Source of the DNA: Camelus dromedarius
Taxonomy: Eukaryota
Length of the DNA: 64,000 nt
Direction: 5' to 3'
Assembly: GCF_036321535.1 (NCBI RefSeq)
Contig: NC_087451.1
Span: 18,414,001-18,478,000, forward strand
Part shown: piece by piece, positions 1 through 44,600 of the stretch
Numbering within the stretch: the stretch's first letter is position 1
Layout of the letters: each line of letters begins with the position of its first letter
Notes under the pieces: model-generated
The model's input: only the letters and a program-made list of their open reading frames with translations
What the model was told of the DNA's origin: nothing
Database searches by the model: none
Position numbers and translations under genes: made by a program

Positions 1-66
1 CAGGGGGTACGGTGGGGTGCCTTGTCTAGGGGCCTCCTTCCGAGATGCCAGACTCCCAGAGACCTA

Positions 67-32831
<32,765 letters not shown>

Positions 32832-32863
32832 GGCCTCCGCCGGGAACGGGGCCCCGGGGCCGC

Positions 32864-32914
32864 TCACGCTCCGGCTCGGTTATTCCGCTGCCGCCGTCGC
32901 CGCTTCTCCCCCAT
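32864..32914 (-). other. Upstream ORF (16 aa, MGEKRRRRQRNNRAGA) in the MINK1 5' leader
   Basis: ATG at 32914 and TGA at 32866-32864; ends 32 nt before the main ATG; only present in mRNA if the TSS lies upstream of 32914. Confidence 0.6.
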
Positions 32915-33452
32915 CGGGGGATCCTGGGGGCGGACTCCACCGCGCCTCCCCCGGAGAACGGGGAGGGGGAGGGCCGGCAGGAGGACCGACCCACCGACTG
33001 ACAGGAGCTATCGCCCAGGAGCCTGCAACCCGAGCCTCCCGACTCCGCTGCGCAGGCGCAGAGTGGCCGTGCACCGGGAGGCTGGAAGAGTGAACGTGAC
33101 GCGAGCGCGCTGGGTTCCCCCTCCCCCTCGGCGCCGACACCTGCGCGCAGGCGCAGGAGAGAGAACGAAAGGCGCAAGCGAGGACTGAGCGACCGCGCAA
33201 GCCTGGCATGAAAGAAGTGGGCGGCGGCCGAGGCGGCCGCGGAGCTCGCCCACCAGCTGGCGCGCGTGCGCACATGCGTTTCCTTCCCTTCCCCTTTTTT
33301 TGTCTTTTCTCTTTCCCATTTCCTTCTTAGCCCTCCTTTGACGCCTCTCCTTCTCTTTCCCTCTTTCGTGTGCCCAGCAGCCAATCAAGCCACCCACCTC
33401 TCTGTTTGCGGGGGAAGGGAGGAGGGACCCAACCCCCTCTATTACTAGGGGC

Positions 33453-33534
33453 GTTGTTATGGTAACTCCCCACGCGAGGGCTGAGTGGCCTCTAGATAGG
33501 ATGGGCTGTCCACCCACCTAATTGCTATGGCAAC
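33453..33534. promoter_or_regulatory. Pair of RFX X-box motifs upstream of MINK1
   Basis: GTTGTTATGGTAAC 33453-33466 and ATTGCTATGGCAAC 33521-33534. Confidence 0.55.
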
Positions 33535-34259
33535 AGTGGAGCCACTGAGGGAGGGGCCTCTTCGTGAGAACCACCTGGGAGCTGGGGAGTGGAGTGGGGC
33601 TAGCTGGCTCATGAATGCCCTTTACCCTCTTCCCTGGCAGGAGTCGGGAGTGTTGAGTAGGGGACCTCAGATCTCAGGGTAGGGAATCCTACTGCAGATC
33701 TTTGTCTCTGCACCTCTTGTTCTGCACAAAGGAGCTGTTTCAACAATTATTCATTGAGCACTGGAGCTGTGCGTGGGGGAAGGGGTGGGAAAGAGGTGGA
33801 GGGGAGAAGGAGGAGGAATCTATGTCCAACCCCTGCGCATCTTGCTTCGGTCACCTTAGGTCTAGTCATATTGGCATAGCACTCTCAGCCATTAGCCTCA
33901 CTGGAGGCTGGGTAATGCTATATAAAGAACAAGGAGTCATGTTCTGCCACTGACATGCTGTGTGACCTTGAGCAAGTTGCGTTGCTTCTCTGGGCCTTTT
34001 GTTCATTGTGAAGTCGAAGGAGAAAGCTGTTTGAGCTCCAAGATCATTTCCAGCAACAATACTATCTCTGAAAGACCCCACCACCAGCCTTAATGTAAAC
34101 ATCACTCAGGAGAGTTTGAATGAAAAGTCCTTGGAGAAGGGCAAACACCCTCCTTTCTGGATCCTTCTCCTTCGCACATTTGGATGCACATCCAGTCTTG
34201 CTCCCCTTCCCCCTCCCCACCCATTTAGCTTGCTGTTGTCCTATTCCGAGCCACAATCC

Positions 34260-34840
34260 TTACTTACCTCCTATACTCTTATCCCCTTACATCAATTCTC
34301 CACACTCAGAGTGATTTTTCTAAAACTCAAACCTGATGCCACTCTACTGTTTAAGATCTTTCACTGGCTCCCCCCCACCCCATGTCTTCTGAGTAGAGTC
34401 TAAAGTGTGGCAACCAAGATCTTTCCAGTTTCTGCCTGCTTCTCGTGACCTGTTTTCTCAACACTCCACCATTCAACCTCACTTGTTCTAGCCATATGGA
34501 AATCCTCTACTCACAGTTCCCAGAACTCAGCGGACCCTCCTCCAGCCTTTGCACTTGCTGTTCCTTTTCCCTGGAATTCTCTGACCATGCCCATTCTCAC
34601 TGCCGTTTGCTTTGTCTTTCATAGCTTAATTGCCTCCTCCATGAAGCCTTCCTTGACCCACTGAGACTAAGTTTGGCTTTTCTGTTGTAGATACCTGGCT
34701 TAAACCCATGGTAACATTTAACAATTTGAATTGTAAATGTCTGATTCTCCTTAAAAGCAGGAATTATGTCAGTCTTATTCAGCACAGGGTCTGGCACTGA
34801 CTCGAGGTTCAGTAACATGTAATTGAATGAAGGCCTCTGT
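34260..34840 (+). mobile_element. L2 LINE remnant
   Basis: 'gatttttctaaaactcaaacctgat...gcctttgcacttgctgttcctt...cacagggtctggcac...ttgaatgaa'. Confidence 0.65.
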
Positions 34841-34889
34841 GTCTGGGTAGGCATTGTGAAATACAGTAATTCAAGGACTAGACCATGGC

Positions 34890-35048
34890 AGGGAGGGGAC
34901 AGCAACCAGTGGTAGAGCACATGCTTAGCATGCACGAGGTCCTGGCTTCAATCCCCAGTACCTCCTCTAAAAATAAATAAACCTAATTACCTCCCCCCAC
35001 TGGAAAACTAAGTAAATAAATAAACCTATTTTTTTTTTTAAAAAAAAG
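34890..35048 (+). mobile_element. Vic-1-like SINE with partial TSD (gaccatgg)
   Basis: Vic-1-like body; gaccatgg at 34881-34888 and 35049-35056. Confidence 0.85.
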
Positions 35049-35249
35049 GACCATGGGATAGTAGAGGAAAACATAGAATTTGAAGTTTGTGCTTTAAGTC
35101 ATTAAGCTCTCCGAGGCTCAATCCTATCATCTGTAAAACAGAGATAGTAACAGGGAGGTTAGGATAAAATAAAGCACTTGGTGCATAGTAGGTCCTCAGT
35201 AAATGCCCGACTCATGGGCAATGTTTAATAAAGAGATACTGAATCAGTG

Positions 35250-35338
35250 AATGAGCAAGTTAACATCACAGGGATAGGGTAAGGGGCCCCCCCAAACCTC
35301 AAGACACAATGTGATCTGGGGAGGGTGGAGGGAGACAA
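35250..35338 (+). repeat. ~90 bp direct repeat, copy A (left of LTR)
   Basis: aatgagcaagttaacatcacagggatagggtaagggg...aagacacaatgtgatctggggag...ggagacaa. Confidence 0.9.
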
Positions 35339-35810
35339 TGTGAAGGAAGAGCTGGGCTGGTCTAACAAGATAACTCACAGGTCTAGGAATGTGAAGGAGA
35401 GGCTGGGCTGGACTAACAAGATAACTCACAAATCTAAGTATTGGAATACTGATTGATCTGAGTTCTGCTGGACTAACTTGTAAATCTAGGTTAATTAGTG
35501 TTGGTTTGCTGTTCATGTTTTTTTGCTAGCCAGCTGGGTTTTCAAAGATACATATCTGGCTTTGGAATGTTGGTTTGCTGCCTCCCCACCTCCACTTTTG
35601 TGATGATAATGCTGCTAAAGCTGTTCCATGCCTATTGGCCAAATACCCCAAGCTTGTACTTTACCCTATAAAACCTCATATGCACGTCTTGGAGGTGAGG
35701 TGCTCAGAGCTTCGGAGCAGAAGCCCCTCTGAGCCCTCCGGCGTAATACATCTGAGTACTCCAACCCTCCGAGTGGTGCGTGTTTCTTGACTGGCCTGTC
35801 GTTTCTGTAA
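35339..35810 (+). mobile_element. Solo ERV-type LTR with a tandemly duplicated 5' end
   Basis: Starts TGTGAAGGA; ~50 bp unit repeated at 35339 and 35390; ATTGG 35634-35638; TATAAAA 35667-35673; degenerate poly(A) signal AATACA 35745-35750; ends ...gtttctgtaa. Family not assignable without a search. Confidence 0.75.
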
Positions 35811-35904
35811 AATGAGCAAGTTAATATCACAGGGATAGGGTAAAAGGCCCTCCCAAACCTCAAGACACAATGTGATCTGGGGAGTGGGGAGGGTGGGGAG
35901 ACAA
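35811..35904 (+). repeat. ~90 bp direct repeat, copy B (right of LTR)
   Basis: aatgagcaagttaatatcacagggatagggtaaaagg...aagacacaatgtgatctggggag...ggagacaa. Confidence 0.9.
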
Positions 35905-36266
35905 GATCGGCCTGTGCTGACAATTCCTGAAGTTGGAGTATTGACGTGTGGGTATGTGAGGATTCACCATTCTAGCCTCTACTTTTAGATATATGAAATT
36001 GTCATAATAACTTAAAAAGAGACAACGTGGTGGAGGAAGCCCTGAATCAGGCAGCAAGAAAAGTTAAAATGTTAGAAATAAGACAAATCTTGGGTCCCTG
36101 GGGGATAGGCATTTTGCAGACTCAGTCACCCTTAGGGCGTCCCATCCACCCTGGGAGGCTGGATTCATTCTCTTCATCCTGGGTCTAGGGCCAACCTTTC
36201 TGATTGCAAGTCCACTGCTTTTTTCCCTGCACTATGGGGGCCTCCATTCAAGAATCTCCAGGACTA

Positions 36267-36397
36267 GGGGAGGCAGGGTAGAGCTCGTGGTAGAGCGCAT
36301 GCTTAACAGCCACGAGGTCCTGTGTTCAATCCCCAATACCTCCATTAAAAAAAAAATAAGGCTAATTACCCCACACCCATCCCACCCCCCGGCAAAA
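36267..36397 (+). mobile_element. Vic-1-like SINE with 8-bp TSD core (tccaggac)
   Basis: Vic-1-like body; tccaggac at 36257-36264 and 36400-36407. Confidence 0.85.
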
Positions 36398-37074
36398 TTT
36401 CCAGGACAAACTAAGGGGGAGCAGAGAGACAGGCAGTGTGAAGCAGAAGCCCACCTACCCCTGGCCCAGCCCTGGGACAGCTGCTGCCTCCACCCCACTC
36501 ACAGTTAATGAGATAATGTCCCCGAGGGAAAGAGGCACTTAGCGCTGACAATGAGGCTAATTAGCAGAATGCCAATTAGTACCTGGGGACTGCTATATAT
36601 GGGAGGGGGGATTTCTTGTGTGGAAGTGGCTTCTTCAGGGGAATGGAGTGCTGGACTCAGAGGAGAGGGTGGGAGCGAGGCCACAGCATCCCCTCTTTCC
36701 ATGTCATTGTCCACAAGGACCTCCTCTTCCATGAAGGCCTCCTAAACTCCTCACTTTATTCCCTTCTGTCTCTTCCTGCTCCTGTGGTCAATTCTGAGAC
36801 CAAGGAATGAAGGGCAAGAGCCAAGATCATGCTAAACTTTTTTTGAATTGCAAAATATTTCAGATACACAGAGATATGAGGAAAAAAAAATACATATATC
36901 AAGTTCACATACCAACCACTCAGCTTAAGAAATAAGTCACAAATTTACTCAAAGAGTTCTCTCTGTATACCTGTTGTCTTATTCCTTTCTCTCCACCCAC
37001 CCTGGGAGGTAACCCTATTCCATCCAGTGCTACGCCATCTCATAAACAGTACCATCTGTTTTCTCTTTCGTCTG

Positions 37075-37280
37075 GACCAGCATCATAGAAGTTTGTGCGA
37101 TGACAGAAATGGTCTATACCTGCCCTCTCCGATATGTCAGCCACTAGCCCCAAGTGGCTTCTGAGCACTTAAAACATGGCCAGTGTGAGTGAGGAACTAA
37201 ATATTTACCTATTCCTAATGGTCATTAACTTAAATATCAATAGTCTAATGTGGCTGGTGGCTACTGTGTTGGACAGTGTC
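37075..37280. mobile_element. MER3-like DNA transposon
   Basis: 'atagaagtttgtgcgatgacagaaatg...gccactagcc...atgtggctggtggctactgtgttggacag'. Confidence 0.75.
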
Positions 37281-37339
37281 CCATGGCGGTGGGGACTTTG
37301 TTGTACTCACTTCTGTGAGGGTAGAATGGTGTCTGACAG

Positions 37340-37510
37340 CGAGCAAGGGCTCAAAAACATTAAAGTCAACAGCTGAATCTTTACAGCAAGACCATTATGG
37401 AAGTAGTATTCCATTTCCCAGTTGGGACCACCGAGGCCCAGAGAAGTGGTGTAACTTGAAAAGGTTACCAAAGTAATGAGTGACAAATCCAGGATTTGGG
37501 CCCAGTTCTT
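37340..37510 (-). mobile_element. MIR SINE
   Basis: 'ccatttcccagttgggaccaccgaggcccagagaagtgg...aaggttacc...ccaggatttgg'. Confidence 0.55.
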
Positions 37511-37884
37511 CCTGACCTCAAGCCCACTTCCTTACCCACTCCTCGTGGGGCTTCCCTGAGCCTCTCCCTGTGCTGTCACTTGAAGAACAAGAGGCAGCCC
37601 CTCCCTCACCTGCAGCTGTGCAGTCAGCGCCACTGTCCCCCAGGTGTCCTAGTGCGGTCCCGCCCTTCCTTCTACCCAGACAGCAGTGTGCAAAGACCTT
37701 CTCCCAGCACCGGGTCACAGAGCTTTGGAAACTACAGACAAGTTGAGCAGAGATGAAGCAGCGGAAGAAAGGAGTGGGCTGGAGAGAAGGTGAAGGGGCT
37801 CAGTGCTGCTATGTGCAGGCCTTGGGGGTGGCAGAGACAAGCATTCAGTTCAGCCAAGGAAGAGGCAAGGACCTTTTCTAGGCT

Positions 37885-37890
37885 TTTATT
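37885..37890 (-). terminator. PLD2 poly(A) signal AATAAA
   Basis: tttatt on the + strand, ~540 nt past the stop codon. Confidence 0.7.
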
Positions 37891-38431
37891 TATGAAATGC
37901 TTATGAACTGATACAAAGTTAGTGTCTGTCAGCAGCTGGTGGAGGGGGTTAGTGTGCGTCCCTCCCACCCCTCCCCACCTCGGGGGCTGAAGCCAGGAGT
38001 GCCTCCATCCTTCTCTCCATTTTGCCAATAATGAGCTGGGAGAGGCTGTGGGGCAGGGAGGGGCTTCAAGGCATGAGAACGAAGGTGGGGACAGGAAGGC
38101 CCAGGGCAGAGTCTGGTCTCCATGAAGTAGGAGGCTGGCCCCAGGCGTCCTGGCAGGAGTTTTGCTTCTCCTTTGTAGCAGTGGTTTGAAATGGGCAGTG
38201 GGGAGGATGAACTTCTCTAGGACCCTCTTCTGTCTCCCCAGCCCGGGGTTGGGAGTGTCTTGTTTGGTAGCTTCTCAAGAAAGGGTCCTCTGTGACTTCT
38301 CTAGTCCCCTTCAGGGGTTCTTGCCTCCGGCAGGTCTCAAAGACACTGCCCTCAGTCCTCAGGGTTAGGGGGCAGGCAGCCAGACTCGGTGGAGCCCAGC
38401 ACTGGTGACCTCTTCCAGGCCGAAGCCGGAG

Positions 38432-38656
38432 CTATGTCCACACTTCTAGGGGCATCACGCCCTCCTTGCTACCCAGGGGAGGCAGCAAAGACTCATCCTC
38501 CAGGAACTTGAGGGGGAAGTGGACTAGATGGCCCTGGACCTGGGTGAGTTCAGACTGGGCCAAGGGAGGGCTGACCGTGGCTAGGGGCTCCACGGCCACA
38601 TACTCCCGGAGTGCCCTCAGGGAGCGTATGGCGTTGGATGGCAGGCAACGGAAGAT
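38432..38656 (-). CDS. PLD2: PLD2 exon 25, coding part
   Basis: [20 protein letters not shown]...[10 protein letters not shown]. Confidence 0.95.
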   Translation of the reverse strand: MFRCLPSNAIRSLRALREYVAVEPLATVSPPLAQSELTQVQGHLVHFPLKFLEDESLLPPLGSKEGVMPLEVWT

Positions 38657-41600
38657 CTGTGGGCAGAGGGCATGGAGGCCAATAAGAATTGGGAGAATCT
38701 GCCGAGAGTCCAAGTCCAACTGGACGGGACACCCCCACTCCCCATACCACATCCCCCTACACTGACCCTGAGCCACTGTATCCCATGATGGGCCCTCAGA
38801 TCCTCATCCCCCTTCTGAGAATGGCTGTGTGGGGCGGCTCCTCTCCATCCCACCCTGGACAGGATAATCCATGAACTGCCCCCTGGCCAGCCCCCTCCAC
38901 GCCCACCTGCTCATAGATATTGGCATTGCTCTCAGCTGTGTCTTGCCACAACTGGAAGAAATCATCACAGATCGGGTCTTGGAGATCTAGGTTCGGCCGG
39001 GCATCTGCCCCAAGAATCACGCTGTGGGAGAAAGGGGTCCCGGCAGGGCCAGGTTAAGATCCTTTGAGAACCTGAATACCAGAAAAGTTATGTTGTCCCT
39101 ACCCAGGTAATTCAAAATAGATGCAGTGTTAAGTAGTAAAGTCAGTGTAAACGAGCCCAACAGAGCTTTCATTTGCCTCTACTTTGGTGACTGTTAACGC
39201 TTTAAAAATAGATACCTGTAACTACTATATATAAATAAACAGCGAGGTCCTACTGTATAGCATAGGGAACTATATTCAATACCTTGTAATAGTCTATAAT
39301 GAAAAAGAATATGAAAAGGACTTCATATATGTATAACTGAATCCCTATGCTGTACACCAGAAATTAACACAACATTGTAAACCAACTACACTTTAATTAA
39401 AAAAAAAAAGAAAACAATAAAACATATACATATTCCAAATTATTTTTGAACTATTGGTTTCTCATTTTTTTGGTACCCCTACTTTGCCAGTACCCTAAAC
39501 TGGATTAGGCTGCCTCTTGGGAAATTCAGTATTACCTCTAAGTGATTCACACCTGCTCAAAAGGCAGATAGTCCCCTCTTTCCACCTCTCCCTCCCACCC
39601 TGTAGCACCCAACCCCGGCTCTACCTGAAGCAGTGCTTCCTCAAACTCAAGGCAAACCTGCCTGCTTGATACTCCACACCGCCCATGAGGGATGGCTCCG
39701 TCTCCGTGTCCTCGATCAGCACGGCCAGCTCACTGTCCCGCTTCCCCAGCAGGCTTCGATCATTAATGTTGGCAGAGCCTGGGGTGGATGAGGGACACAC
39801 TGTGTTCTCCTCAGCCCAGGGGGACTCCCCACCCCATCCCCTCTACCCGAGCACCAGCCTGTGGGCAACATGCCTTCTTTGGCCTCCATCCCCAATTGGG
39901 CCTCATCTGCAGCCTCCATCACCTCCCCCATCCCGTGGACCCTGGCTGGGCCCTGCTTCACCTCTCCACCACCCTTCTCTTTCTTCAGGGGGCCCAGCTT
40001 CCCACTGGGATCAGCACTGACCAATGATGACTGTCCGGTCATCTGCAATGAGCATCTTGCTGTGGATATAGATGAGCTCTGAGACCGGGTGCCCGCCCAG
40101 CTCTCCATGTGTGCGAAGCCCACAGATGGACATATAGTTCCGCCATGCTGTCCCCACTGTGAGTAAGAGATCAGGCGAAGAAAGGGTGGGGTGAGAGATG
40201 CCCTACAAGTGCAGAGGAAGTCGTGTCCCATCTACCTCCTCACTTCAGAAGCCCTATGGAGCCTGGTCCATATACCTCTCCAGGCAGTGAAAGATGACCT
40301 GTGGGCTCGGGTAGTTGTCCTCAGGAGCATGCAGGAATGACAGCCTCTTTCCCTCCACCCCTGGAGCTCCAGCTCCCTCAAGCTCCCCCTCCCCAGGGGT
40401 CCAGGGCTGGAACCCCCAGCCCCCAGCACTCACTGGCTGCTTTGAGGCGATGCAGGATCGAATATTCCCCACGACAGAGGGTCCTGAGGGAAAAGAATGG
40501 GTGAGGGAGGTGGAGAATGGGGGAGGGGATGGGGGATGTCAGGAGAGAGCTGGACCTCAAAAGTCCAGCAGGAAGGGGTCAGGGCAGAGTCAGGATTGGG
40601 GCACAGGTGTGACTGGGCCATGCAGGGGCACAGTCTGGCCAGAGGCGGGGGTGTCACCTGTAAGTGAAGTGCAGAATGGCCTGGATGGCATTCCCACCAC
40701 CTGTGGAGATGTCACCCTCAAATCCGGGGAGCAAGGGCAAAAGCACGTAGACTCGGAAGCACTGCCCCTGTCTGGGGAGGGGTGGAGTCAGAGGTCTGAC
40801 CTGTCCCCCAAGCCCCACCCCTCTTTTTGGGCTTAAACTATGCCCACAACCCCCTGCTCTGGCTGGTCCATCTTACTTGTGGGCTTTCAGGATTCTGTCC
40901 ACAATCTCATCGCCCACCTTGTTCAGAACTGTCCGCCCATCTGAGCAGCTAATGAAGAACTGATTCTGGGGCAGGGACCAAAGACAGACATCAGCAGTCT
41001 GGCCCCAGCCCCTGCCCTCAGCTCTCTGCAGCCATACCTACCCCCACCCCCCACCCCCACCCAGGCTCCAGCCCTGGCTCCAGACTTCCGCATTTCTCCA
41101 GGCCCAGCTACACCAGCCCACGACGCTCCGTTCCCACCCTCACCCAGTCAGACCTCAATGTAGAGGAAGTGCTGGCTCTCTCTGATGGTGTGCAGGTAGG
41201 CACTGAGGATGGAGTTCTCTGAAGTCCCGGCAGACCAGCGGTCCACTGACCGTAAGACCTGGGGGAACAGTGAATATGAAATGGTTCCTGACCTCAGAAG
41301 AGGAGGGGTCTGGGGGGCTCTCAGGGAGAATGGACTGGGGCATTGGGCTGAAGGCAGGGCAGGCTGAAGTCAGAGCCTCACCTGCACGGTGGCGCACTGC
41401 CCTCCTGGGAGCACAAAGGGGAGCTGGTTTGCAGTGCTGTTGGACTTGGGCAGCAGGTAGGGGTACAAGGGTATCTTGTACTTGGCCTTGGTAGTCTGAG
41501 GCAGGGGATGGAAGAGTAAGTGGGAGGTGGCACGCTGCCCCTGGCTCCCTCCCAGCCTCTAAGAGGGAGCGAAGGGAGCAAGCACCTTGGTGAAGTTCCA

Positions 41601-44600
41601 GCGCTGGATGAAATGCCGGGCAAGGTCCCGGGCGGGCAGGCCGTGGATGACCACGCCGATGTCCCGCCATGGCATCCGGGGTGTGGTCTCCCTATCAATG
41701 AAATCTGGGGGTCCCGGAAGAGTCAGGGATGGTCTCTTGGGGACACTCGGGAAAGGAAGGAGGAGGAGCTGAGCAGAGGGGAGGCTGTATTCCCCTTGAC
41801 CCAGCTCATCCTGTCCTCAGTCCCAGCCCTGACTTCTTCCCCTGTTCCCAGGTCTCCGGAACCCCTTACCCTCAAAAGGCCGATCCAGATGCACCCAGTC
41901 CTTAGTGATGAGATTGCTGTAGTCCTTGCCCAGCCAGAAGAGCTGGTTGTGAGAGAGGTCTGGGGTGTCCAAGGAGTCTGAGCACAGGGTGGGAGGCTGT
42001 AGGGGGAACACACCCAAGCCAGGGGCAAGGAGAAGTCATGGGGGGCATACAGAGCTGGGCCCAAGAGAAGAGAGGAGCACTGGAAGACTGGGAGACACAG
42101 AGACACAGAAAGTAAGAAGGAAGTAGACAGAGTCTGATTCCCTGGCTGCCCCTTCAGCTGCATGTGGAATCCCTAGAGGGATGGGGGTGGGGGTGGGAGG
42201 AGGAGTGGACATGGGGAGGGGACTGGGTCATTGTATCTTCAAAGCAGGTTCTTGAGGTCCCAGAGAGGCCGAGGAACTGCTGAGTGTGGGCAGCACTTGG
42301 AATGACTTGAGGGTACAGACTGGAGCCAGGAAGGGGCGTGGCTTTAGGTTAGCTGAGTTTGGGGGCACTCAGGAAGGCCTTGGTAGATTACCTGGGGGGT
42401 AGCTGACTCAGAGGAGTTCCCAAGGTCAGTCAGTCGGTAGTGCAGGTCATCCCAGCGGCCATAGGCGAGGTCCAGCCCCCCAAGGAAGGCCACTACTTGG
42501 TCTACCACCAGGAGCTTCTCATGATGGGCCCACAGTGTCACCTGATCTGGGTGGCGCATCACCTGGAGCAGGTAGGGGGTAGTTCATGAGGGTGGGCTTA
42601 GGTGGGAGAAGACAGAGGGTATTGGGAGGGGGAATGGAAAGACAGAAGGAGGCGACGTCAAGGCAAGGGAGGGTTGAGGGGATGGGGACGTGTGGTGAGG
42701 AGGGCGGTAGGGGAGGGGTCTCTGGGGGCTAAGAGTCACCTTTATGTTGGGGTGCAGCAGCATCAGAGCCCTCTTGCTGTAGCCACTGTTGATGCCCAAG
42801 GCCAACTCCACTTCCTTAAACAGCAGGATGGACACCCGGACACCCTCCTCCTGGTGGTCAGTGGAGAATCAGATTGTAATGCCTCTCAGAATGACCCCTT
42901 TCCACCCTCCCAAACCCTTCCCTCTGCTCAGTGTCCTTGTATGTTCCTCCACCCTGCCTGGAGCTCCACAGTGCTCTTCCACTTACACCCTACTTTGATG
43001 CTCACACCAAACTTAGACTGGATATCATCTATCTGCTCATCCACTCATCCATCCACACATCCACCCACCTACCTAGCATTATCTCTCCATCCATCTTCCC
43101 AACAACTTACTCATCTCCTTATCTACCATCTGTCATTCATCCCTCTACCCACCCACTCTCCTACTGATTCACCTTCCCAACCTCACAACCTTCCATCTAT
43201 CTCCCTTTCCATCATCTATCCAACCGCTCACCCACCATCATCCACGTATCTTTTCTCCCATCCATCATCATCTATGGATGTCCCCAACACAGTAGACACT
43301 GCCTTGTATTGAAACTAGTAATAAGGAATTAGCGCAATGAGAAAGCTAGCGGTGTAACACAGTAGAGGGAAGTCAGGTAACACAGTAGAGGGAAGGTAAC
43401 ACAGTAGAGGGAAGTCTATACCAGGTAAAGGGGGGGCAAGAACTAGGAAGTGTCAATTTTCCTTATGGAAAAGGAAGAGGTAACGTTTGTCAGATACAGA
43501 GCCAGGATGGGCACATTTCCTCCTCCTCCTCAAGTTTCAGATTCTCTACCTCCCCCATGCTGCAGTCCTTCCTGACCAATCTCCACCCACGGGCACCCCC
43601 ACCACANNNNNNNNNNNNNNNNNNNNNNNNNNNNNNNNNNNNNNNNNNNNNNNNNNNNNNNNNNNNNNNNNNNNNNNNNNNNNNNNNNNNNNNNNNNNNN
43701 NNNNNNNNNNNNNNNNNNNNNNNNNNNNNNNNNNNNNNGGGGAAACTAAGCCCCAGACAACGGTCACGCCTCCCCTTCCACCCCTTCTTCTGACCCTTAA
43801 GCTATCTGTTGCCCTATCCTACCCCTTCCAGCTTGGGCTTTTCCCCACTTACCACCAATCTGTGATGAAAATCTCTNNNNNNNNNNNNNNNNNNNNNNNN
43901 NNNNNNNNNNNNNNNNNNNNNNNNNNNNNNNNNNNNNNNNNNNNNNNNNNNNNNNNNNNNNNNNNNNNNNNNNNNNNNNNNNNNNNNNNNNNNNNNNNNN
44001 NNNNNNNNNNNNNNNNGGGTCAGAGATGACAGCAGGGGCAAAGATCAAGAGTGATCTGAGAGGTCAGACAGTATCAGATATATCAAAGTCAGATAAATTT
44101 GCCAGTATAAGCTAAATGAAATTAAAAATTAAAAAGACACAGTAAACTAAAGAAAATGACTAAGATTTGGAGGATTAATACGTCATATATAAAGAGTTCC
44201 AACAAATCAATGACAAAAAGACATACAAGCCAACCAAAGAAAGAATAAGTACTGACAGTTCACAGGGGATATGAAAATGGCCAATCATAGGAAAAGATGT
44301 TCAGTTTTACCATAGAGCAAGGAAATTGATATTAAAATGAAATAACACTTAAAATTCACTAGATTAATAAGAATTAAAGTCACTGGTAACATTCAATATC
44401 AGCATATGGGGAAGTGAGTATTCTCATAGGATGTGGGAATATACATTGGTTATAGCCTTTTTAGAGGACAATTTGGCAGTTTCTATCAGAAACTGCACAC
44501 ACCCCTTACTACCATTAAATGCACTTAGTAATTCTATATCTAGGAAGACATACTATCAATGCTGAGGCAAAGATTGTTTATAAGAGTAAAAGTAGGGAAA

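Noticed and set aside
43354-43416. CRISPR-like repeat array
   Set aside because: Spacers are 0-4 bp, the context is a eukaryotic intron and there are no cas genes; it is a simple tandem repeat.
43607-44016. PLD2 pseudogenisation by exon loss
   Set aside because: The missing coding sequence coincides exactly with N blocks large enough to contain it, and all other exons are intact.
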